A DNA stretch of 64,000 nt from a virus: IMG/VR virus record IMGVR_UViG_3300046454_000714, positions 1-64,000 of that record; one strand, given 5' to 3'. Below the pieces are notes generated by a model that did not search any database, was not told where the DNA came from, and was given only the letters and a program-made list of their open reading frames with translations. Numbering within the stretch: position 1 is the first letter of the stretch; each line of letters begins with the position of its first letter. Below are positions 28,054-37,143 of this stretch, one piece after another. A program made the position numbers and the translations under genes.

Positions 28054-28251
28054 ATGTCTCGCTTCACAGTCACCCGCCGCGGCGCATCCGGCCCCGGCGA
28101 GGGCGGCCAGTACACGTACAGCACCCGCGCCGACAGCCCCGCCGAGGCGGTCGCCAAGACCGCCGCCAAGGCGGAGCGGCTGCATCACCGCATCAACCGG
28201 GGCGGCACCGTCCTCGACCCGGAACCCACCGACATCACCCGCATCGACTAG
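28054..28251 (+). CDS. hypothetical protein
   Basis: GAGGA RBS. Confidence 0.65.
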   Translation: MSRFTVTRRGASGPGEGGQYTYSTRADSPAEAVAKTAAKAERLHHRINRGGTVLDPEPTDITRID

Positions 28252-28261
28252 GGAGCCCGCC

Positions 28262-28528
28262 ATGTCCAAGCCTTCCTGGCTACCGAGCCAGCTCGCCGAC
28301 CGCGCCAGCGCCGCCGACGCCCTTGGTGCCGCAGCCGACCAGTCCAACCTGTGCCGCAGCATCGCCGACGGCCTGCACGCCCAAGGTCGCGACCACTACG
28401 GCGACCCGACCCACACGGCGGCCGTCGTCGAAAGCCACCGGCTCGGCGAGATCGCGGAGGCGCACGGCTTCAACGGCCAGGACGTCATGGACGAAGCCGC
28501 CCGGCGCCGCGGCCTGACCACCACCTAG
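28262..28528 (+). CDS. hypothetical protein
   Basis: GGGAG RBS. Confidence 0.65.
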   Translation: MSKPSWLPSQLADRASAADALGAAADQSNLCRSIADGLHAQGRDHYGDPTHTAAVVESHRLGEIAEAHGFNGQDVMDEAARRRGLTTT

Positions 28529-28643
28529 ACGCCGTGGTGCGGGTCACCATCCCCCGGCCCGCGCCACGGCCTGCACGCCCATCCACCCCACCCGCGGGTG
28601 GGGGCGCGCACCGCACCAACCCTTCAATCCGAGGAGATACCGC

Positions 28644-28811
28644 ATGACAAGCACTGAGTGGGACGCGATGGAACTCGGCGGACAAAACCGGTCCGCGTCG
28701 GGCGTGACCGAAGGCCCCGACGGCGACTTCACGGCCGTCGCCGACTCGGCCGAAGCCGAGCTGAGCGCCCAGTTCGGCGGGCGCTGGGCGGTGCTGGGCG
28801 ACGAGCGCTGA
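28644..28811 (+). CDS. small hypothetical protein
   Basis: GAGGAG RBS, 55 codons. Confidence 0.55.
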   Translation: MTSTEWDAMELGGQNRSASGVTEGPDGDFTAVADSAEAELSAQFGGRWAVLGDER

Positions 28812-28995
28812 ACCCCTGATCGCCGGGCGCGGGTCTCCCCCGTCTCGTGTCCGGCTCGCCGCGCTGGCGGGCGTCAACGGCTCCCCGCCGTTCCGCCAGC
28901 GCGGCCCAAGCCCCGGCCTGGCCGAACGCGGGCCACGCATCAACCGCAGACCGGGGCGCGCACCACCACCGACCGCCAAACCGAGAGGACCCCGC

Positions 28996-29148
28996 ATGAC
29001 ACGCAAGAACGAGGACGTCGACTTGACCACCCCGGAGAACGTCGCCAAGGGCCAGAAAGTCTACGACCGCATCGTCGCAGGCGAAATCCCCGCCGGGAAG
29101 GTCGGCCCGACGCTCGACGCCACCTACGGCCGCAAGCGCAAGGCCTGA
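28996..29148 (+). CDS. small hypothetical protein
   Basis: GAGGA RBS, 50 codons. Confidence 0.55.
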   Translation: MTRKNEDVDLTTPENVAKGQKVYDRIVAGEIPAGKVGPTLDATYGRKRKA

Positions 29149-29152
29149 GCCG

Positions 29153-29299
29153 ATGGCCCGCAAGGAGTGCGCGCAGTGCGTGGAGCACGCCCGCCTGCAC
29201 TCCGGCAACTGGCTCGGCATCGGGCGTGACAACGATCCGTGCCCGCCCTGTGAAGACCACGCCCGCAATGGGTGCGGCCTGGACCGCAAGGAGAAGTAG
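29153..29299 (+). CDS. small Cys/His protein (pRL2-8-like)
   Basis: ECAQC..H...H.......CPPCEDH..NG. Confidence 0.55.
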   Translation: MARKECAQCVEHARLHSGNWLGIGRDNDPCPPCEDHARNGCGLDRKEK

Positions 29300-29925
29300 T
29301 GCCAGGCAAGGCGAAGGACATTACAGGCGTGAAGTTCGGGCGCTTCCTGGTCGTCAAGCGAGACGGAAGCAACAGGGACGGTTCTGCGCGCTGGGAATGC
29401 GTCTGTGACTGCGGCACCCGCAAGACGGTCGGCGGCCGGGAGCTTTGGCGAGGAAGGACCATCTCTTGCGGATGCCTCAACGCGGAGATACTCGCCAACC
29501 GCGCCAGGACGCACGGAATGAGCGGCCATCCGGCGTACCAGTCGTGGGTGGAGATGCGCACCCGGTGCCACAACTCCAGCAGAGACAGCTACCAGGACTA
29601 CGGCGGTCGCGGCATTCGAGTCTGTGACCGCTGGCGCGATTCGTTCGAGAGCTTCTGGGCCGACATGGGGTCCACCTATGAGCCCGGCCTGACGATCGAC
29701 CGGATCGACGTGAACAAGGGCTACGAGCCCGGCAACTGTCAGTGGGCGACCCGTAAGCAGCAGAACCGAAACACCCGCCGCAACATGATGATCCAGTTTC
29801 GCGGTGAAACGCGCTGTCTTGGCGAGTGGTGCGAGCTGCTTGACCTTCCCTACCACTCGATCTACACGCGCCTCAGTCGCGGCTGGCCAGTCGAACGAGC
29901 CCTGACCGAACCGATCCACCGCTGA
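29299..29925 (+). CDS. HNH homing endonuclease
   Basis: DITG.KFG, WECVCDCG, SCGC, THGMS, YGGRGI.VC.RW, TIDRIDVNKGYEPGNCQWAT. Confidence 0.9.
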   Translation: MPGKAKDITGVKFGRFLVVKRDGSNRDGSARWECVCDCGTRKTVGGRELWRGRTISCGCLNAEILANRARTHGMSGHPAYQSWVEMRTRCHNSSRDSYQDYGGRGIRVCDRWRDSFESFWADMGSTYEPGLTIDRIDVNKGYEPGNCQWATRKQQNRNTRRNMMIQFRGETRCLGEWCELLDLPYHSIYTRLSRGWPVERALTEPIHR

Positions 29926-30007
29926 CCAGCTGCCCGATCCGCCCGTCTCGCACGGGCGGTGAGGGGAACCGCGCCAGCGCTTCCCACCCCAACCCGAGAG
30001 GAATCCC

Positions 30008-30178
30008 ATGGCATTCGGACGCAAGGCCGCCGAGAAGCTCGACTCCGCCGCCGCCGCACTCCACAAGGTCGGCGGGAAGGCCGGAGACGCCGTCGCCAAC
30101 ACCATCCTTGCCCCCGCCCGCTCCCGCATCAACGAGTCCTGCACCAACTGCGACAAGGGCAAGTGCAAGACCCACTGA
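30008..30178 (+). CDS. small hypothetical protein
   Basis: GAGGA RBS, C-terminal CxxC..C..H. Confidence 0.55.
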   Translation: MAFGRKAAEKLDSAAAALHKVGGKAGDAVANTILAPARSRINESCTNCDKGKCKTH

Positions 30179-30207
30179 CCGAACCAACCCCCGAGAGGAG
30201 CCCCCCC

Positions 30208-30720
30208 ATGCAGGTCAACACCTACGCCATCGGCCCGGCCCGACGCCCCGTCCTGGACCGGGTGTGCGCCATCGCCGACCAGGCCGCCGCGCTCGTCGAG
30301 AACGAGATGGGCGTGCGCCTGCACGGGGTGGAACTCCTCGTCACCGACACCTACTTCACCCGCCGCCTCGCCGGTGACGACGACGGCCTGTACGGCTGCA
30401 CCTTGTACGGCCTCGACCGGGTCCTCGCCGTCGTCAACGCCCAAGCCCACCTCACCGATCCGGCCGAGGTCGACAAGACCGTCATTCACGAACTCGTGCA
30501 CGCCGCGCAAATGCTGCGACCGGGCGTGCGGCGGGTCGAAAAGTTCCGCACCGACGAAGCCCTGTCCCGGCTCCCGGCCCCAGCCCTGGAGCAGTACGAC
30601 GCGTGGTGGGACGACAGCGAAGCCCAGGCCTGCGAGCTGGAGCGCCTCGCCGCCCACCTCGACCCCACCGCTGGGCCCGTTCGTATGGCCCGGCGCACAC
30701 CCATCCACACCATCGCCTGA
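30208..30720 (+). CDS. putative zinc metallopeptidase
   Basis: TVIHELVHAAQ (HExxH) plus downstream E; GAGGAG RBS. Confidence 0.65.
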   Translation: MQVNTYAIGPARRPVLDRVCAIADQAAALVENEMGVRLHGVELLVTDTYFTRRLAGDDDGLYGCTLYGLDRVLAVVNAQAHLTDPAEVDKTVIHELVHAAQMLRPGVRRVEKFRTDEALSRLPAPALEQYDAWWDDSEAQACELERLAAHLDPTAGPVRMARRTPIHTIA

Positions 30721-30737
30721 CCCGAGAGGAGCCCGTC

Positions 30738-31034
30738 ATGCACGCCTATCTGATCACCGCGAAGCCCGGCCGGCTGCACCTCGCTGCCCGGTTCGCGGGC
30801 CGGTGGGCGCTGCGGGCCCTCGCCCTGACCGTCATGTGCGCGCTGGGGGCGGTCGTGTTCGCGGTCCGCTTCGCACGCCCGGTCATCAACTACGCGGCCA
30901 CCCGCATGGCGTGGCTGGAGCTGTGGGCCGCCTCGGTGACCGGGATCGGGCCGCTCGGGGCCGCTTTCGGCGCTGGGTTCACCGACGAACTCATCAAGGA
31001 ATTCCACCGCGCCCGCACCGGCGCGCCCGCCTGA
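30738..31034 (+). CDS. membrane protein
   Basis: GAGGAG RBS, hydrophobic segments. Confidence 0.65.
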   Translation: MHAYLITAKPGRLHLAARFAGRWALRALALTVMCALGAVVFAVRFARPVINYAATRMAWLELWAASVTGIGPLGAAFGAGFTDELIKEFHRARTGAPA

Positions 31035-31046
31035 GAGGAGCACCGC

Positions 31047-31502
31047 ATGAAGAAGTACAGCGTGACCTGGCCGGTACGCCCGTCCGGCACCTACAGCGTC
31101 TATGCCCACGCCATCGACCCTACCGACGCGGTCCGTGCCGCCGCCGAACGGGACATGCCGACCGCGCCCGGCTACACCCTCGCCTTCGACTATGAGCCGG
31201 AGGTGTGGCGCCTCAAGTGGCCGTACCGGATGCGCTCGCAGCACGTTGCAGGCCCCGAGTTCCAGGACGAGGTGGACGGCGAGGTCGGCTTCACGCCGGA
31301 GCCGCTCGATCTGAACGCGATCGCCGCCGACGTCGTGTCCGTGATCCGCGTCTGCGACGCCCACGACCACTGCAAGGACGTGACCCGAACTGCAGTCGGC
31401 CAGATCGTCGGCAACCTGATCCCGGCCGAGGCTGAGCGAGTCCTGGCCATCGTCGCCGCCGAGACCAGCGAGATCAACGCGTACACGGGCGGGTGGGCCT
31501 GA
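31047..31502 (+). CDS. hypothetical protein
   Basis: GAGGAG RBS. Confidence 0.65.
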   Translation: MKKYSVTWPVRPSGTYSVYAHAIDPTDAVRAAAERDMPTAPGYTLAFDYEPEVWRLKWPYRMRSQHVAGPEFQDEVDGEVGFTPEPLDLNAIAADVVSVIRVCDAHDHCKDVTRTAVGQIVGNLIPAEAERVLAIVAAETSEINAYTGGWA

Positions 31503-31708
31503 TGCCGATCACGTTCCGTAAGAGCTTCCGGATCCTGCCCGGCGTCCGCGTCAACGTCAGCCGGAACAGCCGGTCGATCACGTTCGGCGGCAAGAACACG
31601 CCGCACTACACGCGCAGCAGCACCGGCCGCCGCACCACGTCGTGGAACCTCCCCGGCGGATTCGGCTGGCGCAAGACCACGACCCGACGCAGCCGAGGAG
31701 GCCGCTGA
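31502..31708 (+). CDS. DUF4236-like protein
   Basis: FRKSFRILPGVRVNVS..S.S.T.G. Confidence 0.75.
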   Translation: MPITFRKSFRILPGVRVNVSRNSRSITFGGKNTPHYTRSSTGRRTTSWNLPGGFGWRKTTTRRSRGGR

Positions 31709-31709
31709 C

Positions 31710-31919
31710 ATGCGTTTTCTCGCCGCCCTGAACGGCCGGTACACGCTCCGCCAGTCGGCTCTGATCCTGCTGCCGACCATCGCCATGCTGCTCGTCGCGC
31801 AGTCCATCGCGATGGCGGCCGGTGCCGGTCACTTGCCCGCAGAGGTGATCGCCCTGACTGCCACCTTCGGCACCTTCTTCGCGATGACGACCGTCATCAA
31901 CCGCCGCACCCGCACCTGA
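31710..31919 (+). CDS. small 2-TM membrane protein (Spd-like)
   Basis: GAGGAGG RBS, two TM helices. Confidence 0.65.
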   Translation: MRFLAALNGRYTLRQSALILLPTIAMLLVAQSIAMAAGAGHLPAEVIALTATFGTFFAMTTVINRRTRT

Positions 31920-31941
31920 ACCGAGAGGACACCGAACCGTC

Positions 31942-33291
31942 ATGACCGTCAGCCCGCCCCAGACGAACGGCCACAAGCGGCCGGCCCTGCCCGTAATCGG
32001 GGACTGGCGGCCGGTCACACCCCAGCCCGAGCCCGTCGAGGAACAGCGCAGCCCGGAGCCGGCCCCCGTTGAGACGCCGGAACTGGTCGCCAAGGCGCAG
32101 GCCGAGGCAATCCGCGCCCAAGCGTGGGCCGACGCCGAAGCCAGGCGGATCGCCGCCGAGGCTGAAGCGGACGCGGTGCGCGTCAAGGCGGAGGAGGAGG
32201 CGCGCAAGCTGCGGCTCGTCAACGACCGCGCCGAGCGCCGGGCTCGCGAGGAAGAAGCTGCGTCCGAGGAGCGCATCGCCGAGTCCAACCGGCGCCGCGA
32301 CGAGGCCGAGCGGGCCCGCATCGCCGCCGCCCACCAGGCCCGGATCGACGAGCAGGTTGAGGCCCAGAAGGCGAAGGTCGTCGCCAAGGCGGACAAGAAG
32401 TGGCGCGGCTGGGCCATCGCCTTCTACACCCTGTGCGCCGCCGTCGCCCTACCGGTCCAGATCTCCGCGTTCTGGGACGAGCGCAAGCCGTGGATGGCCG
32501 GCGCCCCTGTCCTTCTGGAGATCGCCGCTCTCGTTGTCGCGTTCGGTACCGCCGCCGCGGTGGCGAACAAGCGCCCGCACTGGCACTTCCGTCTGATCAC
32601 CTGGGTGCTCGCGTTCATCGCGGCCAGCGTCAACCTGTGGCACGGCATGCAGGAGTTCGACCCGGCAACCGCCGTCGGTACCGCGCTCGCCTCCGTGTTC
32701 GGGCCCGGCGTGTGGGACCTGCATGAGCACGGGCGGATCCGTAAGCGCGACGGCGTGCCGACCCGGCGGGAGCGGAAGGCGCAGGAGAGGGCGGCGAAGG
32801 ACGAGGTCAAGCGGGCAGCTGCCGAAGAGGCACAGCGCGCCGCCGAGAAGGAGGCTGCAGCCAAGGCCGCCGAGGAGGCTGCGAGGAAGCTCGCCGATCG
32901 TCGCGCGAAGCTCTTCTCGAAGGTGTGGGAGCACGCCGAGAAGCTCGCCACGGATCTTGGCGAGACAGCCGTGACCGAGGCCATCTGGGAGCGCGCCAAG
33001 CTCGACGTCGAGGGCGCGCGGCCGGGCGAGTCGGCGGAGGTTTTCCGCATGCGTAACGCCGCCGAAGCGAGGGTCTCGGCGGCCCGCGAGAAGCGCTCCG
33101 TGAGCGGATCAACACAGCAGGTCGCTTCGCAAGTGCTCGGCTCCAAGATGCCTCGCGTCTACAACCCGCCCGCACGCCCCGGACGGCGCACCAAGGGCGA
33201 CGTGAAATACGCGCCTGGCGCCAGCCGTCAGGCATCCATCGCGGCCCGTGAAGCCGTCGCCAAGAAGACCGCCCAGAAGGACCCGTCATGA
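31942..33291 (+). CDS. SpdB2/DUF2637-like spread membrane protein
   Basis: Coiled coil, about 4 TM, coiled coil; directly upstream of and coupled to TraB. Confidence 0.65.
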   Translation: MTVSPPQTNGHKRPALPVIGDWRPVTPQPEPVEEQRSPEPAPVETPELVAKAQAEAIRAQAWADAEARRIAAEAEADAVRVKAEEEARKLRLVNDRAERRAREEEAASEERIAESNRRRDEAERARIAAAHQARIDEQVEAQKAKVVAKADKKWRGWAIAFYTLCAAVALPVQISAFWDERKPWMAGAPVLLEIAALVVAFGTAAAVANKRPHWHFRLITWVLAFIAASVNLWHGMQEFDPATAVGTALASVFGPGVWDLHEHGRIRKRDGVPTRRERKAQERAAKDEVKRAAAEEAQRAAEKEAAAKAAEEAARKLADRRAKLFSKVWEHAEKLATDLGETAVTEAIWERAKLDVEGARPGESAEVFRMRNAAEARVSAAREKRSVSGSTQQVASQVLGSKMPRVYNPPARPGRRTKGDVKYAPGASRQASIAAREAVAKKTAQKDPS

Positions 33292-35387
33292 GCCTCGACA
33301 TGAACCCGGAACTCCCGCCCGGCTGGGACCTGACGAAGGTCATTCCCGGTGAGCTCGAAGTCCCCGACGACCTGTCCGGGGAACTCGACGACGACATCGC
33401 GCCCGGCATGCTCCTGCCCTACGAGCCGCGGCTGCCCGTCCTGCGGAAGACCGGGTCGGCGGCCATGGTCGTCGCCGCCACGACCGGGCGCGCGGTCGGA
33501 CTGTCGGCGCGCGGCGGCTGGACGGCGACCCGCTGGTTCGTCGCCGGCGCCCGCGCCGTCTCCTACCTCGGTTGGCGCTATGTCCGCACGCACGACTACC
33601 AGGAGGAGATCGGCGGCGTCACCTCGTCGGCCGACCACCGGCGCAACGTCGACCTCCGACACCGGCGGTGGAAATTCCTCGGGTGGGCGGCCGGCGCGAC
33701 GGCGGCGCTCAATCTGGCCGGCTGGTGGGCGCTCGTTGCCCAGGCCGGGATGGCCGCTTCGGACTCGTGGTGGATCACGCCGGGCGTGCTCGCCCTGTCC
33801 GTGGCCGCCGCCGTCAGCTGGTACGGGCGCTACCGGCTCGGCAACCCAGGCCTCGCGCCCGAGCAGGCGATGGCGGACCAGGACGACCCGGAGTCGGATG
33901 AGCCGTTCCCGCTCGGCGTATGCCAGTCGCCGAGCCAAGTCGAAGAGTGCGTGTCCCGCGCACTCGCCTGGGAAGGCATCGGCACCCGCGCGGTTCGCGT
34001 GCTCGGCTACCGCGGCTGGGGCTGGGAGATCGACGTCATCCTCAAGGGCGCGGCGCCGGAGCAGGTCAACGCCGTGATGAGCAAGCTGGACTCCCACTTC
34101 GGCATCGGCAAGGGGCAGACCCTCTGCGAGCCGGACCCGGAGGACAACTCGCACCTCACGCTGCGTCTCGTGCAGTCGGATCCGTTCGCCGACATGCCCC
34201 GCCCGGCCGTGCACTCGCCGAACAGTCTGTCCGTGAAGGATGCGGTGGTGTACGGCCGCTGCATGGACGGCACTCTCTTCGAGGCGCGCCTGCGCGGAAT
34301 GTTCATGATGATCATCGGTTCGTCCGGGTCGGCGAAGACCAAGGGCGCACTGCGCTGCCTCGCCGAGGTCATCACCGCATGCCGGGACGCCATCGCCATC
34401 GAGATGGACCCGGTCAAGGACGGAATCCGCGAGTTCTCCGAGGTCATGGCGCTGCCGCCGATCCGCGGGCCGAAGGAGTGCACGGAGAAGCTGCGCTGGC
34501 TGCGCGATATCGCGTCGGCCCGCAACCAGGTGAAGTCGGCCAAGGAGATGGGGGACCTGTGGGAGCCCACCCCCGAAGAGCCCGCCATCTTCGGCATCGT
34601 TGACGAGTTCATCTTCCTGCCGCGCGAGGCGAAGGAGCTCGCCATTGAGATCCTCCGCATCGGGCGCGAGACCGGCGTCTACCTCCTCTTCGCCGCCCAG
34701 GAAGCCACGCAGGACTCCCTCGGCGACGCCATCGCCAGCGCCGTCACCTACCGGGTGATGCTCGCCGCGCGCAGCGAGGACATCCCCCTCGTCCTGGGCA
34801 AGGGGGCTTCCGCGATGGGCTACCGCCCGGACCGGTTGCGCCCGGCCGTCGATGACGAGCGGGTGTACGACGCCGGCAAGTTCTACGTCGCCGGCCCCGG
34901 CTTCGACCGGCCGGTGTTGTGGCGGTGGAACCGGTTCGAGCGCGACCAGATCCGGCAGGCGGTCAAGGACCGCAAGGACGCCGGCCGCCCTTGGTTCGAC
35001 CATGCCAGCCTTGCCGCCGCCAACCTGCTGCACGTGATCCGTCGGGACGGGGTGGCGGGTGGGGCCTCTCTGGCTGACCGCCTCGTTGCCCTCGATGAGC
35101 AGGGCGGCGTGGAGGACGCGGCGGTGGTCGCCGTCCTGCTTCGGGCCTTCGGCGGCAAGACGTTCCTGCCGACGACCGAGGAACTGCTTCCCGCGCTTGC
35201 CGACGCAGGCGTCCAGATGGATGCGAATGGTCTTGCCCAGCTCTTCCGGAAGCATGCCCCGTCGGTGACTGCGAGCCGTCAGGAGTGGGATGGCCGGCCG
35301 CAGGTCCGCGGCTGGTCCCGGGAGTCCGTCGAGCAGGCCGCAGCAGGGCTGTTGGACCCGGCTATGGCCCGTCTACGGGCCGCCTAA
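33288..35387 (+). CDS. traB: TraB-like FtsK/SpoIIIE conjugal DNA translocase
   Basis: Two N-terminal TM helices, Walker A variant GSSGSAKT, Walker B GIVDEF, GRETGVYLLFAAQ, C-terminal wHTH ending ..VRGW. Confidence 0.8.
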   Translation: MSLDMNPELPPGWDLTKVIPGELEVPDDLSGELDDDIAPGMLLPYEPRLPVLRKTGSAAMVVAATTGRAVGLSARGGWTATRWFVAGARAVSYLGWRYVRTHDYQEEIGGVTSSADHRRNVDLRHRRWKFLGWAAGATAALNLAGWWALVAQAGMAASDSWWITPGVLALSVAAAVSWYGRYRLGNPGLAPEQAMADQDDPESDEPFPLGVCQSPSQVEECVSRALAWEGIGTRAVRVLGYRGWGWEIDVILKGAAPEQVNAVMSKLDSHFGIGKGQTLCEPDPEDNSHLTLRLVQSDPFADMPRPAVHSPNSLSVKDAVVYGRCMDGTLFEARLRGMFMMIIGSSGSAKTKGALRCLAEVITACRDAIAIEMDPVKDGIREFSEVMALPPIRGPKECTEKLRWLRDIASARNQVKSAKEMGDLWEPTPEEPAIFGIVDEFIFLPREAKELAIEILRIGRETGVYLLFAAQEATQDSLGDAIASAVTYRVMLAARSEDIPLVLGKGASAMGYRPDRLRPAVDDERVYDAGKFYVAGPGFDRPVLWRWNRFERDQIRQAVKDRKDAGRPWFDHASLAAANLLHVIRRDGVAGGASLADRLVALDEQGGVEDAAVVAVLLRAFGGKTFLPTTEELLPALADAGVQMDANGLAQLFRKHAPSVTASRQEWDGRPQVRGWSRESVEQAAAGLLDPAMARLRAA

Positions 35388-35493
35388 CCCCCGTCTTTGC
35401 CCCGTCTATGGCCCGACTAGGCGATCAAGAGAAGCCGCAGGTAGCCGGGCCATAGACGGGTCTTAGTCGGGCCAAAGACGGCCCATAGACACC
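35357..35493. repeat. clt-like array: 6 direct + 5 inverted copies of CCCGTCTATG-like unit, 11-bp period
   Basis: Direct copies start at 35357, 35368, 35379, 35390, 35401, 35412; inverted copies at 35440, 35451, 35462, 35473, 35484. Confidence 0.85.
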
Positions 35494-35537
35494 CTATTGA
35501 TCCACATATGCGAAGTTCTTGAGAGGGAGTCCCGATC

Positions 35538-36173
35538 ATGGCAGCGAAGCGTCCCGCAAGGCGGCAGCCGGCCCGCCGCAAAGCCCCGGCGCGCCGCCGC
35601 ACCACCGCGACCGCCACCCGACGGAAACACCCCGCCCGACGCGTCAAAATCCCCCGCAAAGGACCGCTCACCGCCCGCCTCGGCAACTGGCTCGTCCTGC
35701 GAGTCATCGCCCCCATGGTCGACACCCGGCGGGATGAGATCCGCTCCCGCAAGGACGCCGCGATCCTCCGCGCCACCCACGAGGGCTGCAAGGTCTGCCA
35801 CGGCAACGGACAGATCTTCACCAAGGGCAAGGACGGCTCCTTCACCGGATCGAAGCCCTGCACGGCCAAGCCGACCAAGGAGAAGGTCTCCCGCTGGGAG
35901 GTCAACAAGGCCGCCCGCATGGGGGGCGACCGGCGGACCGGACTCATTGGCTACTCGTGCCCCTGCGGCAAGAAGGAGAAGCCCCGCTACCGCGACGCCA
36001 AGGAAGCCACCAAGGCCCTGCGCGGCCACGAGAAGCAGAAGCACGGCGGCAAGAGCGTCGGCGGCACCTGGTACGCACAGCAGACCGCGGCGGCAGCCCT
36101 CGCCCCCTCGCAGCCCGCACCCGCACCCAAGACCAGCATGCGTAAGGCGCCGGCGAAGGCAGGCACCCCGTGA
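35538..36173 (+). CDS. basic hypothetical protein with Zn-binding motifs
   Basis: GGGAG RBS; C..C.GNG and CPCG...H...H. Confidence 0.7.
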   Translation: MAAKRPARRQPARRKAPARRRTTATATRRKHPARRVKIPRKGPLTARLGNWLVLRVIAPMVDTRRDEIRSRKDAAILRATHEGCKVCHGNGQIFTKGKDGSFTGSKPCTAKPTKEKVSRWEVNKAARMGGDRRTGLIGYSCPCGKKEKPRYRDAKEATKALRGHEKQKHGGKSVGGTWYAQQTAAAALAPSQPAPAPKTSMRKAPAKAGTP

Positions 36174-36373
36174 CCCCGACTCTTCTGTGCCCGCGCGGCT
36201 GCGGAACCGGCTTCGCCTCGATCACCAACGAGTTCGAGCCGCTCCAAGGCCGCGGCAACAACGGCATGGCGATCATGACCGTCACCGGCGAATGCAACGG
36301 CTGCGGACTCCTCTGCGACAACGAGATCGAAGGCCGACTCGAAGAACTCACCATCGTCACCCGAAACGGATAG
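36170..36373 (+). CDS. small Zn-ribbon protein
   Basis: CPRGCG...CNGCG; coupled. Confidence 0.55.
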   Translation: MTPTLLCPRGCGTGFASITNEFEPLQGRGNNGMAIMTVTGECNGCGLLCDNEIEGRLEELTIVTRNG

Positions 36374-36396
36374 CCCACCCGAAGGAGACCCGCACC

Positions 36397-36885
36397 ATGC
36401 TCGACCTGCCCGAGCCGAAGCCCACCGCCACCGCGACCGGGCAGGACCGCAACGCCATCATCGACCAGCGCGCCGACCAGTTCCTCGCCGCCATCAACGA
36501 CGCCGCAGCCACCTACTACCGCGACGACAGCCCGACCCCCACCGTCGGCACCACCCCACCCGTACCCCAGCCCGGCCGGCCGCCGATGAGCCAGAGAGCC
36601 ACCGACGCCAGCGCGTTGATGCTGTCCGGCGGCATCGCCTCCGTGTTCGTCAGCGGCGGCATCAGCCTCATCCTCTGGTCGTCCGGGCACGCCGATTCGA
36701 CCGTCATCGCCTGGATGAGTGCTGGCCCGCCCATGGCCTTCCTGTCGCTGAAAGCCCTCATCAAGGGCGTCAAGCGCGCGACCGTACCCGACATCCACGT
36801 GCACAACTACAGCGGGCCCGTCACCCAGCACCACCGCACCTCGAACAACCGCAGCATCTGGAACAAGAACATCAACAGCCAGTGA
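36397..36885 (+). CDS. SpdD-like 2-TM membrane protein
   Basis: AAGGAG RBS; Pro-rich segment, 2 TM, HVHNYSGPV.Q tail. Confidence 0.65.
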   Translation: MLDLPEPKPTATATGQDRNAIIDQRADQFLAAINDAAATYYRDDSPTPTVGTTPPVPQPGRPPMSQRATDASALMLSGGIASVFVSGGISLILWSSGHADSTVIAWMSAGPPMAFLSLKALIKGVKRATVPDIHVHNYSGPVTQHHRTSNNRSIWNKNINSQ

Positions 36886-36897
36886 AGGAGCCCCGCC

Positions 36898-37143
36898 ATG
36901 TTCCATCCCGAGCTCGGCCCGATCGCCCGCCTGTTCATCGCCGTCGCCGTGTTCGCCCCGTCGCTGTCCGCCGGATACGCCGTGACCGTCGCCCTGATGG
37001 CGGTCGGCGTGCCGGAGATTGTCGCCGCGGTTCCGGCGGCGCTCACCGCCCTCGCCGGGATTCTCGCCCTCACCTACGGCGCCGAGTCCCTCGCCAACTG
37101 GCGGGCCGACGCGGTCGCCACGAAGGGAGCAGCGGGCGCCTGA
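36898..37143 (+). CDS. small membrane protein
   Basis: AAGGAG RBS, two TM helices. Confidence 0.65.
   Translation: MFHPELGPIARLFIAVAVFAPSLSAGYAVTVALMAVGVPEIVAAVPAALTALAGILALTYGAESLANWRADAVATKGAAGA

Larger units (their letters stand above)
25103..37143 (+). mobile_element. AICE/pSAM2-like conjugative transfer module embedded in the phage
   Basis: GntR with operators, Xis-like HTH, small ORF train, Spd-like membrane proteins, TraB-like FtsK and clt-like repeats; no integrase or att seen. Confidence 0.7.

Noticed and set aside
35357-35493. Possible CRISPR array
   Set aside because: 11-bp contiguous units with no spacers and no cas genes
35497-36885. 462-aa ORF spanning the post-traB region
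   Set aside because: Only the part from 36397 has an RBS and codon bias; the rest overlaps genes 35538 and 36170 out of frame
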